The translations under genes were made by a program, and so were the position numbers. From an uncultured Myxococcales bacterium (lineage in GTDB: Bacteria > Myxococcota_A > Polyangia > Palsa-1104 > JAEUJZ01): DNA of 64,000 bases. The stretch is taken from the NCBI GenBank assembly GCA_964437195.1, contig CAYTGC010000001.1:9763-73762 (forward strand), in the 5' to 3' direction. Positions 59,148 through 64,000 of the stretch are shown in pieces. Below the pieces are notes generated by a model. It did no database searches, had not been told where the DNA came from, and saw only the letters and a list, made by a program, of their open reading frames with translations. Positions within the stretch are counted from its first letter, which is position 1; the number at the start of each line of letters is the position of its first letter.

Positions 59148-60107
59148 CTACTTGCAGAGTGTCGGATCGGGAATCTTGCAAACACTGGCGCGACAGACGG
59201 CCGGCGCCTGGCATCGCGGACCACTGGCGTCGTTGCAAGCCATTCCATCCGTCGCTGGGGCCATGCACTTCTTGGTCACCGAATCGCACCAAGTTCCGCC
59301 AACACAGAGAACAAACGTGGACCCTTGCTGTCCACACGCACCACCCAGCTGAGCAGTCGCGTAGGCAACACATTTGGCAGCGATGGGACAGCTCAAACCG
59401 GCAAGCTTGTCGCAGTCTTGCGTGGTGGAAGAGCAGCTCTCGCCCAGTTTCGCAGGCGCAGAGCACGCGCCGTTGCGGCACGCGAGCGTGGGATTACACG
59501 GAGTGCTGTTCGCGGCCGTGCTGCAGCTCGCTCCCATCGTCAGGTATGCAGCACACTGCCGGGCGCCAGCCGCACCCACGCACGTCAGTCCCTTGTCACA
59601 GTCAGAATTTGAAACACAGACACTTCCGACTTTGCCAAGGAGCGTGCACTTGCCGCAGTCCATGCCGACGTCTTTTTTGCAGTACATGCTTTGGCACTGG
59701 ACGTCCTCGCCACAAGCGGTGCCATCAGCCAGTGTGCCCGCCTTGAAACCGCAGACCTGACTTGGCGTGGTCAGCGATAGGTAATCGTAGCAGCTGATGC
59801 TCGCAAACTTGGCAGTGCAGGATTGTAGGTCCGCCCCGGTAACCGAGCTTCCCATCGCCTTGGCAAGCTGTGGACAGCTCAGGTTGATGCGCGCTTCGCA
59901 GGTCGCGGCATCGGGAAAAACGAGCGTCTGGTTGAACGGGAAACACTCTGCGGCCTTGGCACAGTACGCCTTGATCAGTGCAGGACAGGCCTGCTCCGGC
60001 GTGACAGTCGGTGGGCTCGTCATGTCTACACCGCTGCTCGGTGGCGACTCACAGCCGGTTAGCGCAACAGCAATACCTATGGACAACAAAAGTCTGTGCA
60101 GCGACAT
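59148..60107 (-). CDS. Cys-rich repeat lipoprotein
   Basis: GAGGAG RBS and lipobox LTGC. About 35 Cys in 319 aa by my count. The C-terminal two thirds form about six tandem 4-Cys modules of the form G-x2-C-x5-8-C-x4-6-C-x4-7-C. Confidence 0.65.
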   Translation of the reverse strand: MSLHRLLLSIGIAVALTGCESPPSSGVDMTSPPTVTPEQACPALIKAYCAKAAECFPFNQTLVFPDAATCEARINLSCPQLAKAMGSSVTGADLQSCTAKFASISCYDYLSLTTPSQVCGFKAGTLADGTACGEDVQCQSMYCKKDVGMDCGKCTLLGKVGSVCVSNSDCDKGLTCVGAAGARQCAAYLTMGASCSTAANSTPCNPTLACRNGACSAPAKLGESCSSTTQDCDKLAGLSCPIAAKCVAYATAQLGGACGQQGSTFVLCVGGTWCDSVTKKCMAPATDGMACNDASGPRCQAPAVCRASVCKIPDPTLCK

Positions 60108-60276
60108 GGTTTCTCCTCTTCTTCCGGTACTTTTTCAGCGGTCGATGTAAGCGATGCTGCGACGATAACGTGCGATGCGACCGTCGACAAGAATCCAGCG
60201 CACGGAACGGCTGCTAGCAACGAAACAAGCCCTTGCCGCGCATCAGCCAGGAGGCCCAAAATCGTGATGGAGAGCC

Positions 60277-60876
60277 ATGCCGAGCCAGATCGAGTTGGCG
60301 CTAAAATGCAGCGCCCAGTTTGACATCAAAGGCACCGTCTGGAATGGTCGCCTGCGCGCCCTCGAGAAGCACTGCTCAGGGACGGAAATTCGCTCGCTGC
60401 TATCGGACGCCACGCGACGACTCATGACCGAACCACCCCCAGCGTCGAGCTGGATTCCGGGCGCAGCAATTGTCGAGCTGGATGCGGCGATCTACGACCT
60501 CCGCGGTGGTGACATCTTGGCTCGCTGTAGCCGCGAGACATCGGAAGTCGCAGGCACAACCGTTTTGCGGACGATGGCGGAAGGAATGTTGCGGCTGTTC
60601 GGAACGTCGCCGGCAACGATGTTTCAGCGAATGGGGCAGATCTCCAGCACGTCGGTGCGCGGCGTCGAGTACGACTACAAACCAACCGGTCCGAAGTCCG
60701 GGCAAATGACCGTTTGTTACCGCCAAAGCGCCAACCTCCCCTACTGCGTGTTCGTCGCTGTTGCCGGTGGAATGGGCGCCATATTTGGATTCCTCCACGT
60801 AAACGGCGTCGTGTCTGCACCAGAAGTGGGCACCCAGCCACCTCGCAACACGGCCCAGCTCAACCTTCGTTGGTAG
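60277..60876 (+). CDS. Hypothetical protein (possibly related to the myxobacterial DUF2378/TIGR02265 paralog family)
   Basis: 199-aa ORF with a GGAG RBS. The family suggestion rests on length and vague pattern memory only. Confidence 0.3.
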   Translation: MPSQIELALKCSAQFDIKGTVWNGRLRALEKHCSGTEIRSLLSDATRRLMTEPPPASSWIPGAAIVELDAAIYDLRGGDILARCSRETSEVAGTTVLRTMAEGMLRLFGTSPATMFQRMGQISSTSVRGVEYDYKPTGPKSGQMTVCYRQSANLPYCVFVAVAGGMGAIFGFLHVNGVVSAPEVGTQPPRNTAQLNLRW

Positions 60877-60914
60877 CACCGAAGGCCGTTACAGAATCAA
60901 ACGGCGTTGCAAAC

Positions 60915-60939
60915 GGAGCGTTCGATTTCTTAACGCTCC
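60915..60939 (+). terminator. Perfect 8-bp stem hairpin (GGAGCGTT-9 nt-AACGCTCC) after the 60277-60876 gene
   Basis: Read directly from the sequence. No T-tract follows, so terminator function is uncertain. Confidence 0.3.
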
Positions 60940-61077
60940 CCGCCTTCCCCAGATCGCACAGGCGTCGCGTCGAGAAATCTTCCGTCTGAAACCGCGCTTG
61001 TGAGTTTGGTGTCGGGCTGGCATGCGGCTGGCAATTGGACTCCTTGGGCCCTTGCGATGGGTCCGGAGGATGCCGCG

Positions 61078-62685
61078 ATGGCCAGCAACGCAATGTACAA
61101 ACCCGACCTCAAAGCCGACTTGGTTTCTGGGTTCCTGGTCTTTTTGATCGCCCTGCCCCTTTGTCTGGGCATCGCGATGGCGAGCAACTTTCCACCGATT
61201 GCCGGCATCGTGACTGCCGTCGTCGGAGGACTGGTTGCAACTTTCTTTGGAAGCGCCGAGCTGACCATCAAAGGTCCAGCCGCGGGACTGATTGTCATCG
61301 CGCTTGGTGCCGTACAAGAGCTGGGCGGAGGCGATACGATCGCTGGCTACCATCGCGCTCTTGCCGTGATTGTCGTCGCTGGTGTGATTCAAGTCGTGCT
61401 GTCGCGGCTCCGCGCCGGTGTGCTTGGCGACGCATTCCCCGCCGCAGTTGTGCACGGCATGCTCGCGGCCATCGGAATCATCATCATCTCGAAGCAAGCA
61501 CATACCGTGTTTGGCGTGTCTCCGTCCGCGCGTGAGCCACTGCACCTGCTGGCCGAGATTCCACACAGCCTTCTTTCGATGAACCCGGAAGTGGCGCTCA
61601 TCGGTGGCCTGAGCCTGGCTCTGCTGTTTGGGATTCCGAAGCTGCCTTTTGCGTGGGCCAAAAAAGTACCAGCCCCGATGGTCGTGCTCCTCATCGCGAT
61701 TCCGCTCGGCATGTTTCTCGACCTAAGCCACGAGCACACCTACACCTTTCACCTTCACGAGTACCGAGTCGGACCCAAGTATCTGGTTCAGCTCCCTGGC
61801 AGCCTTGCAAAAGCGTACTCACCGCCGGACTTTTCCTATCTTTTCCACTGGGTGTCGCTCAAGTACATCCTCATGTTCACGCTCGTTGGATCGATTGAGT
61901 CGCTGCTCAGTGCCAAGGCGGTGGACTCGCTCGATCCGCAGCGCAGGCACAGCGACCTAAACCGCGATCTGCAGGCCACTGGTGTTGGCAACATCCTCGC
62001 GGCACTGCTCGGTGGGCTGCCGATGATCTCAGAGATTGTCCGCTCGTCGGCCAACATAAGCAGTGGCGCCAAGAGCCGTTACGCCAACTTCTTCCATGGT
62101 CTGTTTCTGCTCGGAATGGTGGCGCTTCTGCCCGGGCTGCTTCAGCGGATTCCGCTGGCTGCGCTCGGTGCGATGCTGATCTATACCGGTGTGCGTCTCG
62201 CGTCTCCGTCAGAATTCGTGAAAGTCTTCCGCATCGGCCCAGAGCAGCTGCTGCTCTTTGTGACCACGCTCGTTCTGACACTTGCGACCGATTTGCTCAT
62301 CGGGGTCGGCGCTGGAGTGATGCTCAAGCTGCTGCTTCACCTGCGCCACGGCGCTCCGCTGCGTGGACTCTTTTCAACGCGAGTGGAAGAAGAGGTCGTC
62401 AACGACACAACCATCAGGCTGCGCGTCTTCGACGCCGCGATCTTTAGCAACTACCTTTCGCTGAAGCGGCGCATCGAGTCCGTGTCGAACAAAGTGCATC
62501 ACGTACAGCTCGATTTGGAAGGCACGCGGCTGGTCGATCACACGGTGATCGAAAAGCTGCATCACATGGTGGATGACTGGACGCGCAGTGGTCGAAAGCT
62601 GGATCTGCTTGGGCTCGACGCTCACGAGCCCATGGCCAAGCATCACCTCTCCGCCCGCCGCAAGCCACTGACCGCCACGGCCTAG
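61078..62685 (+). CDS. SulP-family anion transporter with a C-terminal STAS domain (bicarbonate/sulfate type)
   Basis: The ATG at 61078 has GGAGGA 7 nt upstream. The SulP block is DLVSGFLVFLIALPLCLGIAMAS. The sequence is polytopic with a STAS-like tail. Confidence 0.85.
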   Translation: MASNAMYKPDLKADLVSGFLVFLIALPLCLGIAMASNFPPIAGIVTAVVGGLVATFFGSAELTIKGPAAGLIVIALGAVQELGGGDTIAGYHRALAVIVVAGVIQVVLSRLRAGVLGDAFPAAVVHGMLAAIGIIIISKQAHTVFGVSPSAREPLHLLAEIPHSLLSMNPEVALIGGLSLALLFGIPKLPFAWAKKVPAPMVVLLIAIPLGMFLDLSHEHTYTFHLHEYRVGPKYLVQLPGSLAKAYSPPDFSYLFHWVSLKYILMFTLVGSIESLLSAKAVDSLDPQRRHSDLNRDLQATGVGNILAALLGGLPMISEIVRSSANISSGAKSRYANFFHGLFLLGMVALLPGLLQRIPLAALGAMLIYTGVRLASPSEFVKVFRIGPEQLLLFVTTLVLTLATDLLIGVGAGVMLKLLLHLRHGAPLRGLFSTRVEEEVVNDTTIRLRVFDAAIFSNYLSLKRRIESVSNKVHHVQLDLEGTRLVDHTVIEKLHHMVDDWTRSGRKLDLLGLDAHEPMAKHHLSARRKPLTATA

Positions 62686-62691
62686 CCCAAG

Positions 62692-62709
62692 CGACGGAAT
62701 CAACCGTCG
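62692..62709 (+). terminator. Short hairpin CGACGG-aatcaa-CCGTCG followed by TTCCTT, just after the SulP stop
   Basis: Read directly from the sequence. The stem is weak (6 bp). Confidence 0.25.
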
Positions 62710-62761
62710 TTCCTTAGAGAGAGGCCGCGCACATTCTCGCTGGTTTCTTCGCGTATGATCG

Positions 62762-62782
62762 GGCTTTCCAATAAGGAAAGTC
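62762..62782 (+). promoter_or_regulatory. Hairpin sequestering the carbonic-anhydrase Shine-Dalgarno sequence
   Basis: GGCTTTCC-aataa-GGAAAGTC forms 8 pairs including one G-U. The 3' arm contains the AAGGAAAG SD, 3 nt before the ATG at 62785. Confidence 0.3.
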
Positions 62783-62784
62783 CT

Positions 62785-63414
62785 ATGTCCACGCTACAAA
62801 ATCTGCTTGAACAAAATCGCCGATGGGCCGCGGAAATGGTCGAGCGCGACCCGGAGTGCTTCACTCGACTCGCCAACCAGCAAAGGCCGCAGTACCTCTG
62901 GATTGGCTGTGCTGACAGCCGTGTACCGGCGAATCAAATCACTGGGCTCGCTCCGGGCGAGGTCTTTGTCCATCGCAACGTTGCCAATCTGGTGGTTCAC
63001 ACCGATCTCAACATGCTGTCGGTACTTCAGTATGCCGTCGATGTTCTCGAGGTTCGCGACATCATTGTCTGTGGACACTACGGCTGTGGTGGTGTGCGGG
63101 CCGCCCTCGAAGGCCAGCAGCTCGGACTTATCGAAAACTGGCTTCGGCACATCCAGGACATCGCCCGCCTTCACCGCAAAGAGCTGCGGGCCTTGCCTGA
63201 CGACGATGCCCGCGCCGCGCGGCTCTGCGAGCTAAACGTCATCGATCAAGTGTTCAATGTCGCCGAAACCACCGTGATCGAGGCTGCGTGGGGTCGGGGC
63301 CAGCAAGTATCGATACATGGCTGGATCTACGACATCCACGACGGCAGGCTCCGCGATCTGGGAATCCAGCTGCACTGTGCCGACGATCTGCAGCGTCAGC
63401 GAGGGAATGTGTAA
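62785..63414 (+). CDS. can: Beta-class carbonic anhydrase
   Basis: Zinc ligand blocks CADSRVP and CGHYGCGG. HRNVAN motif. ~209 aa. Confidence 0.9.
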   Translation: MSTLQNLLEQNRRWAAEMVERDPECFTRLANQQRPQYLWIGCADSRVPANQITGLAPGEVFVHRNVANLVVHTDLNMLSVLQYAVDVLEVRDIIVCGHYGCGGVRAALEGQQLGLIENWLRHIQDIARLHRKELRALPDDDARAARLCELNVIDQVFNVAETTVIEAAWGRGQQVSIHGWIYDIHDGRLRDLGIQLHCADDLQRQRGNV

Positions 63415-63435
63415 GAAACACACCGCGGCCAGGCG

Positions 63436-64000
63436 TCAAAGCGGCGAAGAACCATCTTCAAGCTTGCGCGACAGCGTCTGCCGGGTCACCCCCAAGTGCT
63501 GCGCAGCAACGGTACGGTTCCCACCGCAGAGCTCCAGAACGCGACGAATGTGAGCCAGCTCCACTTCGGCCAGCGTTGGAATTTTTCCTTCAGGAAACGT
63601 TTCCGCTGGCGCATCGCTCCACTTTGCCAGAGGAACCGACCGCAAAGATGGCGGCTGCAGTTCGACCGACAAGTGCTCTGGCCGGAGTTCCGTATCGTCG
63701 TAGAGCAGCGCTGCGCGTGAGATCACGGCTTTCAGCTCTCGCACATTGCCAGGCCAGCTATACCGAGTCAGCACGGCTTTGGCTTCCGACGACAACCGCT
63801 GCCAGCTTTTTCGATATTCCTGACTGGCCGCCAAAAGAAAGTGCTCCGCCAGCATCACGATGTCGTCGGAGCGATCATGGAGCGACGGCAGCTCAACGGT
63901 AATCGCATTGAGTCGGAACAGCAGATCCCCGCGAAACTCTTTCGCAGAAGCCATCGCTTTGAGGTCCCTGTGCGTTGCTGCCACCACCCGCACATCGACC
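63436..64000 (-). CDS. Sigma-54-dependent transcriptional activator (NtrC/Fis family), C-terminal part only; the 5' end lies beyond the window
   Basis: The distal AAA+ region is VVAATHRDL...FRGDLLFRLN...LPSLHDRSDDI. The Fis-type HTH is GGNRTVAAQHLGVTRQTLSRKL. Confidence 0.8.
   Translation of the reverse strand, partial: VDVRVVAATHRDLKAMASAKEFRGDLLFRLNAITVELPSLHDRSDDIVMLAEHFLLAASQEYRKSWQRLSSEAKAVLTRYSWPGNVRELKAVISRAALLYDDTELRPEHLSVELQPPSLRSVPLAKWSDAPAETFPEGKIPTLAEVELAHIRRVLELCGGNRTVAAQHLGVTRQTLSRKLEDGSSPL

Overview
Gene-dense 64-kb window, roughly 60% GC by eye, with about 50 CDS, mostly on the + strand. I found no rRNA, tRNA, CRISPR array, transposase or integrase. The gene content suggests a Myxococcota- or Bradymonadota-like deltaproteobacterium; this is an inference from multiple Hanks-type Ser/Thr kinases, Cys-rich lipoproteins, a sigma-54 activator, RNase Y and DUF4139. 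Housekeeping genes (dacB, pyrG, rny, fumC, rsmB, icd, dapD/dapE plus an aminotransferase) are interleaved with accessory modules. These are a form-II coxSLM cluster with MoxR/VWA genes, a cusCBA-type metal efflux operon, a GH31 lipoprotein, two ArnT/PMT-like membrane proteins, a SulP/beta-carbonic anhydrase pair and a bifunctional flavoprotein. The most unusual observations are: (1) seven phased ~43-bp non-coding tandem repeats, each with a TTCAAGATCTTGAA-type palindrome, upstream of icd; (2) an XRE-HTH fused to an EgtD-like methyltransferase fold, next to a secreted C39-like peptidase; (3) a translationally coupled unit of a TPR/type-1 binding-fold lipoprotein, a Tat-signal PaoA-like subunit, a PaoB-like subunit and a small anchored protein, with no molybdopterin subunit; (4) a 925-aa protein with two complete kinase domains; (5) a gap-filling ORF interrupted by one in-frame TGA; (6) a terminator-like hairpin in the pyrG leader. 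All family assignments come from motif recognition by eye; no database search was run.
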